The notes below the pieces were generated by a model. That model saw only the letters and a program-made list of their open reading frames with translations, ran no database searches and was not told the DNA's origin. A stretch of DNA of 64,000 bases from a cyanobacterium endosymbiont of Rhopalodia gibba (lineage in GTDB: Bacteria > Cyanobacteriota > Cyanobacteriia > Cyanobacteriales > Microcystaceae). The translations under genes were made by a program, and so were the position numbers. The stretch's first letter is position 1. The number at the start of each line of letters is the position of its first letter. The stretch lies in contig CP067995.1 in NCBI GenBank assembly GCA_045159875.1, positions 2,976,001-3,040,000 on the forward strand, in the 5' to 3' direction. Positions 44,030-57,348 of the stretch are shown piece after piece.

Positions 44030-47000
44030 TTGATAGTTAATAATTATTGAATTGTGTTTAAGACCTTTTGATTTACCAGGAAATAAGAAACTTTTAAGTA
44101 AATATTATTAGCTACAAGTTGATATAGAAAATTTTTACAAATAGTAACATGACAATATTAGTCTATAACAACAGTAGTAGATATACTAACTAATCATGTA
44201 TTTATAGCTTAATAAATGATTTTTATTGATGGCTTAGTTGAGTTTTTAAAGAATAAAAAACTATTGAATTTGTAGATGTCTTTTAATTTTTAAATGACAG
44301 TCTTTAATAAAATTTATGCCAGAAGAATAAGAAGGAAAAAATGTGATCTGAAACTCTATATATTTCATGAGTTTCCTGACTTATATTACTTTATAAGCTA
44401 ATAAATTATTTATGACTACACAAGCCCTTAGCTAGAGCTATTGTATTAGCATTTCTATTTCATACTTGAGCAGAAATTATTTATTTGTCCATCGTTCAAA
44501 AGTCAAAGAAAGCAAAAAAATTAACGTAGTAGACAGCTCAGGTAAACATAATATTTGTTGCTCGATTATTGGGACAATCTACATGAACTAGTTTTTCTTT
44601 AGTCACTCGGCAAAGTTATGAAACACAGCTAGCTTAAACCCGATTGAGTTAATGAAAACTAGGTCTAAAAGTTTTAGTTGACTAAGTTCAAATATTTTTA
44701 TTTTTGAGTTTAAAACTCATTGTGTGTAAGTTACCAACGTATAAAATATTTTTTCAGATTAAGTTAAGTTTTTGAACGAAACGACACATAGTAAAAATAC
44801 TAGCTATAATACTTTATTTTTTCTGATAAGCCAATACTTATTTTTTGTAGAATAGCATCGTTATTTTTCCTCCTAATTATTCGATAGGATTAAGAATGTA
44901 TTGAATTTGAAAAGAGTTTGATTAAATATATGAAAGTGATTATATACTTTTAGTTGTGTAAGAAATTCTAAGACAACGATTGATAAAACTATGTTCAACT
45001 TAAGGTTTAGTTAATTCATCTTATTTTTAGTTTTTCTAATTTTAGAAATAAAATTCACAGAGTACGGCTTCATCTTTTGGGGTAACTAGTATTTTTATAT
45101 TGTTTAAATAAATCTATCTAAATAAAAGCTGCTATTAGTTAAGTCAACAAAATATTTAATTTAATATTAAAGTTATAAAGTATTGATTGTAAAAGATATT
45201 TTTAAGAAAAATCATGAGTAATCTCTTAGTTATCAGTAATATAAAATCTGAATTAACGTAGTCTTTGTAAAATTCAATAATTTTGTTATTATTATTAATA
45301 ATTGACTTAATTATTAATAATAATTATTTTCAATAAAAATACTAACAATAAATAGTAAAAGTATTGTCTGAAAATAGCAAAAAGTAGAGTTATCTATTAA
45401 GATAATAAATAAAAAAATTTTTTGATTAACTCATATCAGTACTTATTCAAGTAAAAAAATTGACATAATAGTTTAAATTTTAAACCCCTAAATAATAGGT
45501 TACAAAAACAACTAATCACGCTAACTTTTATTTCATTTATTTTTAGATTTTAAAAATTTTATAGGGTTTCTTAATAAAAAAAATTGAATATTTTTTTAGT
45601 AGTCGATTTTTGGTTTTTAAATATTTCAAAAATTAAATTATACCTTAAGCAGTAAATAGATTGTAGTCATTTATATTATCTTTAATCAACCTAAAAATTA
45701 ATAATTTACTATAGTAGTTTTAAATTAGATTTAATTTAAATTTATAATTTTATTTTACAAAATTTTAGTTTCGCTCAACTAAATCTTAAAAAAATTAATA
45801 CGCTTTACTGCGAGGCTAATAAAAAACTTTTATCAGAGTAAAATTAATAAAACTAATTACAGTAATTAATATTTTTTTATATTCAATTAATATTTTTTGT
45901 CATAAAAAAAATATTAATTGAAAGCTAAGATAATAATATTATTTAAATTTTTTATGAAAAATATTTATTTAATAAATAAATTAGATAATATTTGATATCT
46001 ATAGCACTAAATTTTAATCAATAAATCTTACGATTTATATTATTTTTTATTAAAATTTAAATATTTAAATATGTTTTTAATTTCAATTAATTTAATTTAA
46101 CTATTTTCCTGTATTGATAGATATTTAAGTCCATTAGTTTAATTAATAGTAAATCAATGAACTTAACTGAGTATTAGCCTTTATTAAAATAACTGTTGAC
46201 AGAAAGAAACCATCTTATCTAAAAAATAATATCTATGTTATTAATAAACGAAGATAGTGACATAATCTTATTCTCTATAGTCTTTCACGATATAGGTTTA
46301 TTAAAATAACACTTATAATGGAACCTGCTAACAAAAAACAGTTGCGAATAGTAGTATAAATTCTAATAGATTAGACTAACAGAAAATTACCCCATTTACT
46401 AATAGAAGACTTGTCAAAAAAAATGGTAGTTTTAGTAAAAAAAATTTAATAAAAAATATCAGATTACAGCAACTAATACAGTTATTCTATTTTTTATTCT
46501 TTTCACGCCAATTAAGAGTAAAATTCTTGTAAAGAAATACTAAGACAGATAGAACAACTTTACTCTAGCCAAGGGACTAGAACTATTGCCAAAGAAAATA
46601 AGAAAATAAAAAAATAATAGTTACTATCTATATTTTTATGATAGTAGATCTGTCACGGTAAGATAAAAATAGAATTATCTTAAGAAGAGCTTAGAAAAAA
46701 AATTTCTTCTAAGGTCATTAACTCAAGGATAACAGTTACCCAAACTCCTATATTTAGACTAAGAAGTAGTCAATTAATCATATATATTAAAGTTAATAAA
46801 GTTTCATATAGATAAGAGCCCTTAACTGAATAGCCAAATAAGAGAAAATTTATGTCTAAATTTAGTTTTTTGCTTAAGCAAGAATTAAGAAAACTAAATT
46901 TAAAGTTCTTAAGAAGAGACTGATTAAACTACTCTTAGTTTAAGTGATTTCTAGGGCAATACAAGAAATATTTTGACCCGAATGAATATAATCTAACTTC

Positions 47001-47177
47001 AAATAATTGAATAGAGACAAAAAAGATTACCAGAATTATTTTTACTTTTAAATAGTTAAGTTATTGATATTATTAAAAACAATGTCGTTATTCTTAATAA
47101 ATAAATAACCAGAAAAAGTTTTCCCTAATGCAAAACTCTTGAGAGCTACAAAGTCTATGGGAACTAGCGATATGGTT

Positions 47178-47217
47178 ACGACAGACAATGCTTGACTACT
47201 CAAGCATTGTCTGTCGT
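47178..47217. repeat. 18-bp perfect inverted repeat in a gene-free tract
   Basis: acgacagacaatgcttga-ctac-tcaagcattgtctgtcgt. Confidence 0.88.
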
Positions 47218-47472
47218 GAAAAATCCATTAACTTCCTACCTTAAATTCTAAGGTGTGTAACGAAAGAATGTTATATTGAGCGATTGTTAGGAATTTTTCC
47301 TGCTGACTAGTGATTAACACTCCTGAAGAAATCACTACCATCAAAACTCTCAATAATATAAGTTTAATCTGACTTTTAACAAGTTAGACAAAAATAGTTA
47401 ACTAATTACTTTAATTAAGCTAATCTTAGTCAACTAATTACCTAAAAATGATATTTTTACAACAATGAGTAA

Positions 47473-47760
47473 TTAATAAAGGGTATCTTTTATACTTTGT
47501 TCTATGATGTATGTTTTTTGTAACAACTGCTCCAATCTAGCAACAGAAATACGGGGGGAAGGACGGGGAATTATTTTTTCAGTTCCCCCCCATTCTTGAG
47601 ACAAAACAGGAATTTCATATTGATAAGTTTCGAACCAATCTTCACGAGTTGTAATATCTCTGATTTCTACGTTGATATTTAGAGTTTTAATCTGTTCTAA
47701 TTTTTCTTGTAGTCTTTCACATAAATGACAACTAGGTTTACTGTAAAGAATTAATTGCAT
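47473..47760 (-). CDS. Glutaredoxin-like protein (DUF836 type)
   Basis: LILYSKPSCHLCE CxxC motif, IRDIT, YQYEIPVL, PRPSPR. Confidence 0.87.
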   Translation of the reverse strand: MQLILYSKPSCHLCERLQEKLEQIKTLNINVEIRDITTREDWFETYQYEIPVLSQEWGGTEKIIPRPSPRISVARLEQLLQKTYIIEQSIKDTLY

Positions 47761-48109
47761 AATATTTATAGATAGAATGTATTGTTCTGGATAACTTAAT
47801 AAATCCCATTAAAAGTTAACTATCATCTAGATTACCTTAAAATGAATTATTTATGCTATTGTCTAGACGAACTTCAAATTCATCGTTTCCAACTGCATAA
47901 GAAAAAGATAGCTATGAGGAGGAATGGAGACAATTCAACTCAATAATTATAATTTGCAATTATGATTTGTACTAAAAAACAATTAGGGCAGTATAGAGAA
48001 AACAAAAAAATCAGAGCTTTTTACTTCTTATAAATAAGTAATGATATGTTTAACTCATAGCTAGATCCAGCAAATAGGGTAAAAAATTATGCGGCAATTA
48101 CTAATAAGT

Positions 48110-48335
48110 AAAGAAAATACAGTTAAATTGATGATGAACGATAATTTAAGCTCCCTTGAGTAAAATCTTAATATTATTTCAATAAATGTCTTAAGCACCT
48201 AAATATCTAGATTTAAACAAAATTGAGAATTAGTGGACTGTTATAAACACTTGACTTAAACAAATATTACCCGTGCTTGAAATAGTCAAGGAATGTGTAG
48301 ATCTTTTTTAAGAAACTATCCTAACGTTTGTATAT
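48110..48335 (+). mobile_element. Fossil IS630-family transposase C-terminus
   Basis: APKYLDLNKIEN*WTVINT*LKQILPVLEIVKECVD resembles the IS630 PPYSPDLNxIExWW motif. An upstream MMNDNLS resembles the DDE IIxDNAS motif. Trp codons appear as stops. Confidence 0.6.
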
Positions 48336-48705
48336 CATATTCATAATATCTCAGTCTTTTACAACTATTCTCTTTTTCTTGTCCGAGATATATTTTAGTG
48401 TTTGTTCTTTGCAAAGTATTACTCTTGACTTTGTTTTGGTTTTTAAGACTTTGTTATCTCTAAGAAAAAAAATAGGGTTTTGAGCGCTAAGGAATTTACT
48501 TAAAACCGCTGTATGTACAAATAGTAAATTTATGACTTTTGTTCGAGTAAAATCTATAGAATGGAAAACCGACGAGGAGCGATGTTATCAAAAGGCCTAA
48601 ATCTTGACAATCTATAATAGACACTTTTATCGGTAAAAACGGGCTATTTTTTTGATAAGTTAGCAAATCAACTGGTTAAAAGCCAACTAATTGAATAATC
48701 TTAAC

Positions 48706-50116
<1,411 letters not shown>

Positions 50117-50151
50117 CAATCAACAATTGTGTTTTAGGGAGTAATTATCTT

Positions 50152-50460
50152 ATGTCTCTTAGTATTGAATGTCAAAAAAGACCTGAAGGCAGTAAGCCTA
50201 ATGCCCTGCGTCGCGAAGGATTAATTCCTAGCAGTTTATATGGGCATGATGGGGCAAACTCTGTGTCCTTAGTCGTTAATGCGAAGGAAGCAGTTAACCT
50301 CTTAAGAAAGGTTTCCGTTAATGAGACCATCATCGAAGTTCAGATACCCGATCTATCTTGGACAGGCAAAGTTTTAATTAGGGAAGTACAAGCTCATCCT
50401 TGGAAAAGAACAGTTTTACATTTGAGCTTCTTTCATGTAGCTGATGCTGAAGCAGCCTAA
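50152..50460 (+). CDS. rplY: 50S ribosomal protein L25 (short form)
   Basis: PNALRREGLIPSSLYG, LIREVQAHPWK..VLHLSF. purA-rplY order. Confidence 0.93.
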   Translation: MSLSIECQKRPEGSKPNALRREGLIPSSLYGHDGANSVSLVVNAKEAVNLLRKVSVNETIIEVQIPDLSWTGKVLIREVQAHPWKRTVLHLSFFHVADAEAA

Positions 50461-50505
50461 TGGTTTGACCTCTTCATCCCCTCAGTATAAACATATTAAT
50501 CAATA

Positions 50506-50540
50506 TCCCCGTTAATCTACTAAGACGACGGGGAGTTTTG
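50506..50540. terminator. Hairpin between convergent rplY and ribH
   Basis: tccccgt-N15-acgggga followed by gtttt. Confidence 0.55.
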
Positions 50541-50578
50541 ACTTTCTAAAGTATCAGTTAATTGGTCAGTCTTGAAAA

Positions 50579-51172
50579 TTATTCTAGTTGTTCTGAAATT
50601 TCTGAGAAAGACTCATTAATCATCGGGTGACTATGTGAAGCAACTGGTAATTTAGAGGGATTATCACCTTGATACGTTGATGCTCGTACTTCTTGGTGAA
50701 TTTTTGCCATTAAACTAGCCATTTCCAAGGCATTAAGAGCATAATTCCAGCCCAAATTGCTTTTAATTCCAGCTCTTTCTAAAGCTTGTTGCATAGTGTC
50801 AGTGGTTAGAACTCCAAAAATTACCGGAATGCCTGTTTGAAAGCCTACTGCTGCGATCCCTTTCGCAACTTCTGCAGCCACATAATCAAAGTGAGGAGTA
50901 TGTCCTCGAATCACAGCCCCCAAACAAATGATGGCATTGTAACGATGAGACAGAGCTAGTTGACGAGCTACCAAAGAGATTTCAAAACTCCCTGGGACCC
51001 AAATATAATCAACCTGAGTGCTGTCAGGCTCAACATTGATGCCGTGCCGTTTTAAACAATCTTGACAACCTGATAGAAGTTTTTCGGTCACTAGTTCATT
51101 AAAACGACCAATAACGACGGCAAAGCGTAAGGTAGATAGAGCTTGAGTAAAAGTTCCCTCGAATGTTGTCAT
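50579..51172 (-). CDS. ribH: 6,7-dimethyl-8-ribityllumazine synthase
   Basis: [44 protein letters not shown]. Confidence 0.96.
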   Translation of the reverse strand: MTTFEGTFTQALSTLRFAVVIGRFNELVTEKLLSGCQDCLKRHGINVEPDSTQVDYIWVPGSFEISLVARQLALSHRYNAIICLGAVIRGHTPHFDYVAAEVAKGIAAVGFQTGIPVIFGVLTTDTMQQALERAGIKSNLGWNYALNALEMASLMAKIHQEVRASTYQGDNPSKLPVASHSHPMINESFSEISEQLE

Positions 51173-51214
51173 GATATTTAGTTGAGTAGGTCGGTGTAAG
51201 GGTTATTTCTTATC

Positions 51215-51244
51215 TGTAGAGGTCAACAGATGTTGACTTCTACA
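51215..51244 (-). repeat. 14-bp stem-loop in the former psbZ-ribH intercistronic region
   Basis: tgtagaggtcaaca-ga-tgttgacttctaca (one mismatch). Confidence 0.7.
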
Positions 51245-51323
51245 TCAGTTATTAGTTTATCCATGATTGACAGTTAATGTCCCTATCTGTAATTTCTACT
51301 GTCAGTGAGGACATTTGTATTGT

Positions 51324-51512
51324 ATTTAAAAATCAATTTAAAATCTCTATAATGATAATGTGGACAGTTTAAATAACAGATTCAATATTTAAGGTAAAGA
51401 TTTAGAGTAATATTAAATTTTGGAAAAAGGCATAGGCTACTGGGATACCAAAAACCATGATAAAGGAAAAGAGGACTAGAGTTGACAAAGTAATTTGTAA
51501 AACGATAGACTT
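51324..51512 (-). pseudogene. psbZ: psbZ (photosystem II Z subunit) pseudogene
   Basis: Start ATG mutated to AAG. SIVLQITLSTLVLFSFIMVFGIPVAYAFFQN resembles PsbZ [31 protein letters not shown]. Later stops and a frameshift. Conserved psbZ-ribH order. Confidence 0.9.
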
Positions 51513-54077
51513 TGTAAAAGTTTTCCTAGAGTTATCCTAAGTAGAGTTGGTTGCTAGTAAATAAAACAGCCTAAGCTATCAGGCTGTTAGAGCTGATTTA
51601 TTAGTAAGCTATTAAAGATCAGAATATTCATGGCTTCCCTATTTATATTCATCTGAATCTTTGAGAGGTTCTTATACCAAACAATGCTGGATAAATATAT
51701 AGAAGTTAAATCAAGGTAAAAAATCATTATTACTCTGGCTGTAAATATATATATAATAATTCATTAGCAGTAATTTACTGAATAAATGAGAAATATTTAG
51801 TAATTTAATTTATTTTTTAGAGAATTGACTTCTCTATAGCTATAATATAACTCATCTTCTATTAAATACTGTTTCTTATCTTATTACGTTCTCAGAGAGA
51901 AAAACATAAAATTCAACTTTATTAAGTTTTAGGAGAGTAATTTAATTAATAAAATTTTAAAAACATAAAAATCTAAATAGGAATCGTGTAAAACTAACTA
52001 ATAAAATACTAAATCAATAAATCTTAGATTTAATAAAATAGTAGATTTTTGAACCGCTAAATTTATAAATTTTTTATTTTTATTAATTTCAGTTTTTTAT
52101 TGAAATATTCTACTATTTTTTAATCTATTTTTGAGATAAAATAGACAATATCTTATCTAATTAAATACTTGTCCTAATTTTTTTTTTACTATAAATATAC
52201 TTTTAATATTGATTAGTTATTCTTAACAGCTTTGATATCTAGATCTAGGTTTACTTAAAGACATTCTAAATATGTTAGGTTATTTAACTTTGATATTTTT
52301 TTTACTAATTAATTTTTAAAGCTTTTTAGCTTCTTAAATAAGAAGCTAATTGAGTCTTAACTTATTTCATAATAATAAATATATCTGTTGCTACTTAAGT
52401 TTGCAAAATTAATTTATTTATAATTTAATCATATAATTTTTAATTTTTGAAAAAAATTTAATTATAAATATTAACTTTTTTGTTTGATTAAGCTTTTATT
52501 TTTTCTATAATTTCATATTAATTTTTTATCTAAATTTACTTACATTAAATAATATTTTTATGCGCAATCTTAAGCTATTAAGATATATAAAATAATTTTA
52601 TATATAGTTATTAATATAAATTTTTAATTATATATTTTTATTTTTAATTTTCTATAAATTTATTTGTAAATATTTTTTTATATAAAGACAATTAACAGAA
52701 AACCTTCTATACTTAAAGTTATTTTTTTATAGTAATTTTGTTATTTTAATAAAATTTTCTATTGATTAAGCTACAATAAAGACAAGTTGCTGTTGAATCT
52801 ATTTACAGTAGATAAAAATATTAAGTTTAAAATTATTTAATTTAAATACAAAACTTACTATTATATCGTCTGTATTGTAGTTACTACTTTTGGAAAGAGC
52901 ATTAATAAAAATTAATTTTTATTTTTATAAAATTTAATTTCATATCAAAGAGATAAAAACAAAGAAGTTAAATAAAAATCTAATGCAGAACATATCATTT
53001 TATTATTAAGTAATAGATTTACTCGATACTATTTTAGTAACTTAGAAAGCTATACTTTTTAGATTCTAGCTAAAAAATAAAACTTTAAAGTCTCTTAATC
53101 GGAAAACTTTAGTTAAAAGTAAAACTATTTAATTTTATAAATCAGTTAAATATTAACTATTATAAATACTTAATTGTTTAAGATAATAGAGTAATTTGCT
53201 TGAAAATTACTCTATTGTTATTATTTGTCAATTAGTAATATTGTAGTAACTTTACTGTAATAATTTGGTTAAAAAAATATTTTCTGTCAATTTTTACTTT
53301 AAAATGTCAAGATTATTTTTAAATTTTTAAGAAAATCAATTAACTGTATCTGTCTTATAGGCTCGAAGGGTTATTTTAAAAAATACATCTGGATAAACTT
53401 ATTTCATTGATTATATCTACTTTTATACAAAAAAAATCTAAATAAAAATAATATTTATAAAAAATTATATGACTCAAAATATGAGTTTACTTAAAAAAAA
53501 TAAGTATCTAAAAAGCAAACATTATATTTACTCAACAAGATAGTATTTTCTTTTGAAAGGATCTTAAAAACGGAATATCAAAATCAGTATGTTTGCTATA
53601 GCAATAAATTGCAATTATAGTAAGAAAATTTTCGATGAATCTAATTAATTAGAAGAAGAGGAGATATCGTATTTATAATATTTTTTTTAGAAGGAAGTTT
53701 TACGAACTAAAGCTAAATATGTTTTTCTGACAAGAACTACTATTTTTACTAATGATAAATTGCTAAAAAAAATAGCTGAAAAAAATTAGCTTTTTTCCGT
53801 CCACTTAAATTCTCTATTGACTAAGTTAAATTATCTGAGGATAGTTAAGTATCCTTTAGGTGTAATGAGAATTACTTGTTGTTTCACCTATTTATTAATA
53901 TCTGCCTTAGATCAAAGTTATAGGAATAATTTTTTAAATTTGCGAATATTGAAACATTAGCATAAGATATTTAATGATTTTTTTTTGTTAATGACATTAA
54001 AGATACCTCGGAATTAATTTAGAAATTTGCTATGTATAATAGTACATATTATGCGTTATGTTACTACAGCTTAGCCC

Positions 54078-54602
54078 ATGTCTGATCTATATATTTCTTG
54101 GACGGAATATCATAAATATATTGAAACTTTAATAGTTCATATCCATCAATCTCAATGGAAATTTGACCAAATAGTTTGTTTAGCTAAAGGAGGGTTAAGA
54201 ATTGGGGACATTCTTTGTCGTCTTTATAAAAAGCCTTTGGCTATTCTCTATGTTAGTTCATACCTAGATAAAAACAATCAAACACGAGGAAAAATTAAAA
54301 TGTCTAATCACTTAGCCATGATAGGAGAATCATTAGGACATCGGATATTATTAGTCGACGATTTAGTCGATTCTGGTATGAGTCTTCAAGAAGGGACTCA
54401 ATGGTTACATAACTATGATTGTAATCAAAAGATAATTGAAATTCGCTCTGCTGTCCTCTGGTACAAAAGTTGTTCTGCCGTTAAACCTGATTACTATGTA
54501 GAATATTTAGAAAATAATCCTTGGATTCATCAACCTTTTGAATTTTATGAACAAATAACTCCTGAAACTGTTGCCAACAGTTTCAGGAGTTATTTGTATT
54601 AG
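54078..54602 (+). CDS. Type I phosphoribosyltransferase (purine salvage-like)
   Basis: IVCLAKGGL, PRPP-binding ILLVDDLVDSG, PDYYVE...WIHQPFE. Confidence 0.88.
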   Translation: MSDLYISWTEYHKYIETLIVHIHQSQWKFDQIVCLAKGGLRIGDILCRLYKKPLAILYVSSYLDKNNQTRGKIKMSNHLAMIGESLGHRILLVDDLVDSGMSLQEGTQWLHNYDCNQKIIEIRSAVLWYKSCSAVKPDYYVEYLENNPWIHQPFEFYEQITPETVANSFRSYLY

Positions 54603-54728
54603 ACTAGAATATTAGGGTGTTTATCTTAATAAATGTATTCTATACTTACTACTTTGAAAGTTACAAATTAAGTCCCTGGTTCAAGAAATAACCTTCACGA
54701 AAAAACTATAGAGTCATCAGTTATACAA

Positions 54729-55037
54729 ATGAATAATGAAAATCATTATCATGGGATACGTTCTCATGTCCATAGCAACGAATCGTTAAAGAAAATCTAC
54801 AACCGCCTTTTTCGTATTGAAGGACATATTAGAGGAGTAAAAACAATGTTAACGGAGAATCGTCCCTGTCCGGAAATTTTAATCCAATTGGCAGCAGTTA
54901 GAGGAGCAATTGATCGAGTATCTCGGTCGATTTTAGATGAACATCTAAGTGAATGTGTGGCACGTGCGGCACAAGAAGGTAATATCAATGAAGAAATTGA
55001 AGAATTAAAAGCAGCTTTAGATAAATTTTTGCCTTAA
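54729..55037 (+). CDS. CsoR/RcnR-family metal-sensing repressor (InrS-like)
   Basis: His-rich N-terminus, RLFRIEGHIRGV, RPCPEILIQLAAVRGA, LDEHLSEC. Confidence 0.9.
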   Translation: MNNENHYHGIRSHVHSNESLKKIYNRLFRIEGHIRGVKTMLTENRPCPEILIQLAAVRGAIDRVSRSILDEHLSECVARAAQEGNINEEIEELKAALDKFLP

Positions 55038-55324
55038 TCTTCCATTTAAGTAAGTTGATTGTTCCTTAAAATTAAAAATCATATAACGAACTAATCCAAG
55101 CTGAACTCACTCATGTCTTTTTGCCAAGACTTGTCAAGATAATTTTTCGATTGAATTGGAACAGATATGAACTACCATGGTATTTTTTTTGTGCAGATTA
55201 GATTGATAACTATGAGAAATTATACGAATTATTATTAACTTGAGTATTGAAATATAATACTTATTTAGTCCATAAAAATTGGGGGATTATAGCTACAATC
55301 AAATATTAAGAGATATTATTAACT

Positions 55325-55369
55325 TTATTTTTCCACAGTAACTGATTTAAAGTTACTGTGGAAAAATAA
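55325..55369. repeat. 19-bp perfect inverted repeat
   Basis: ttatttttccacagtaact-gatttaa-agttactgtggaaaaataa. Confidence 0.88.
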
Positions 55370-55379
55370 CTTCTACGAG

Positions 55380-56150
55380 TGGGAAAGTTTACTTTTTTAT
55401 TTGAACGCAAAGGTATGAATATGATACGTAAGAGCAATAGTTGGCTAGATTGAAAACTCAACGACAATTAATTCTATGTAATTTTCACTAAAGGAGTTGC
55501 TAAAATAATCCTAAAACACTATCAATTTGATTGATTCAGGAAAAAATTTAAATTTTTTCCTGAATATTGAAAAAATATTTTAAAACTAATGATTTTATAA
55601 CACAAGAAATAGTATTAGGTACTAGGATTTGTTTCTAAACTTTCGACCTGATTCTTGACACAGGAACCTGTAAAAATATCAAACAAGAGTTAATTTGGTT
55701 AGGGTTAGTGAGGGTGATGGATGTTCTCAGTCCTAAATTTAAGGTGGCTGTGGTAAACTTCAAAAAAGTTTGTATTCGTATTGTCGTTATTCTAGGATAT
55801 TTTCAATGAAAAGTTCTGACACTTTCCCAAAAAGAGTATATAATTCTGAGTGGATAACTGTCAAAAAAGGTTTTTTAACTGAATTAAAACAATAAGTAAA
55901 ATGAATTAATGTTTAGGCAAGAGTGTACCTTGAATATAAATTCTGTATTGTCCGTACTTTGTAATGGAGAAAAAATTTATGGCTATGACAGAAGACGGAG
56001 TTAACGATGTCCACACCAAATAAACAAATATAAATACCAGCATCGCTATGGTTGTTATACGGACGGATGTGAATAAAGAGCAAGTAATATAGTTTTCCCT
56101 AATGAGAATTTTACTACTGTTATCGTGATCGAAAGAAAAAGAGATAGCAT
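55380..56150 (+). pseudogene. P-type (IIA, Ca2+/cation-transporting) ATPase remnant
   Basis: FERKGMNMI (~SERKRMSVI), FTKGVAKII (~TKGSPE), LIWLGLVRVMDVLSPKFKVAV...CIRIVVILGY (~WLGLVGMIDP.RPEVK.AV...GIR.VMITGD), ARVYLEYK (~ARVSPEHK), AMTEDGVND (~AMTGDGVND), SIAMVVIRTDV, NENFTTV (~DDNFATI). Confidence 0.85.
55534..55565. repeat. 32-bp perfect palindrome inside the P-type ATPase pseudogene
   Basis: attcaggaaaaaattt|aaattttttcctgaat. Confidence 0.9.
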
Positions 56151-56616
56151 ATAATAATATTTGTCACTTTATTAAATCTATTTTAAAAAATAGTATTTAG
56201 ACAAAAAATTACCATTCTTGCTTTTCCTATGTCTAGACTTTCTAAGATTTTTTATTTTTTCCATTGTTAGTATTACTTGAATAATGAGGTCTTTTGCCGG
56301 ATAAAACCAATCATAAAATATCAATTTTTAAGAAAATAGTCTTTATGACTTGATTTTATGGGGAGCAGTGATTACACTAAAAGTACTTTAATTAAAGTTA
56401 ATTTATATTATTGCATTACATAATTTTCATGATGTATTTCTGATATATAAGTGTTAAATAGAAATCAATTAGTTATCCGTTTTAAATTTAGTTGCCTACT
56501 CTTTATCTTAGTAAAATTAGAAAAAAAATATTTAGTTAAAAGGAAAAAATATCAATATTGTTAGGATAGACAACATGCATCAAATAACTTTTTTACAAAC
56601 TAAAACTTAACGATCT

Positions 56617-57348
56617 ATGCTCTCTGACTCATTACCTGAATTTAACGAAATCTGGCAAGAAACTCTACATTGGAAACCCACTAAATCACAACTTGAACAA
56701 TGGGAGAAATTATATCAAGAAATTATATTAGCTAACCGTAAAATTAACCTGACTAAGATTACTAAACCAAATGATTTTTGGGAAAAACACTTATGGGATT
56801 CTTTGGTGGGTATTGATGTAAAAATTATTAATATTAAGTCCACTTTAAAAGTAATTGATATTGGTACAGGGGCAGGATTTCCAGGGATTCCAGTAGCCAC
56901 AATCTATCCTGATTTACAAGTTACTCTTCTTGATTCAAAAATAAAAAAAATTAAGTTTATTAACTTTATCTTAGACAAATTAAAGTTTAATAATTGTCAA
57001 ACATTAATTGGAAGATCAGAAACTATTGGACAGATGAAAGAATATCGAGAAACTTATGATTTAGCTTTAATTCGTGCTGTTGGTACACCTTCTGTTTGTA
57101 CTGAATATGCTTTGCCCCTCTTAAAAATTGGAGGGATAGCCGTATTATACAGAGGACATTGGCACGATGAAGATAAGTTAACTCTAAAATCTACTTTAGA
57201 AAAATTAGGAGGTGAAATTATATCAATCCAAAACATTAAAACTCCACTAACTCAGAGTATTCGCAACCTTATTTATATTAAAAAAATATCTACAACTTCC
57301 CGACAATTTCCCCGTCAAATAGGAATACCTACCCAAAATCCTTTATAA
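56617..57348 (+). CDS. rsmG: 16S rRNA m7G527 methyltransferase
   Basis: INLTKI, HLWDSL, IDIGTGAGFPG, LLDS, RETYDLALIRAV, FPRQIGIP. Confidence 0.94.
   Translation: MLSDSLPEFNEIWQETLHWKPTKSQLEQWEKLYQEIILANRKINLTKITKPNDFWEKHLWDSLVGIDVKIINIKSTLKVIDIGTGAGFPGIPVATIYPDLQVTLLDSKIKKIKFINFILDKLKFNNCQTLIGRSETIGQMKEYRETYDLALIRAVGTPSVCTEYALPLLKIGGIAVLYRGHWHDEDKLTLKSTLEKLGGEIISIQNIKTPLTQSIRNLIYIKKISTTSRQFPRQIGIPTQNPL

Noticed and set aside
46260..46320. ILFSIVFHDIGLLK as an HD-domain remnant
   Set aside because: It is a single short motif with no supporting collinear fragments.
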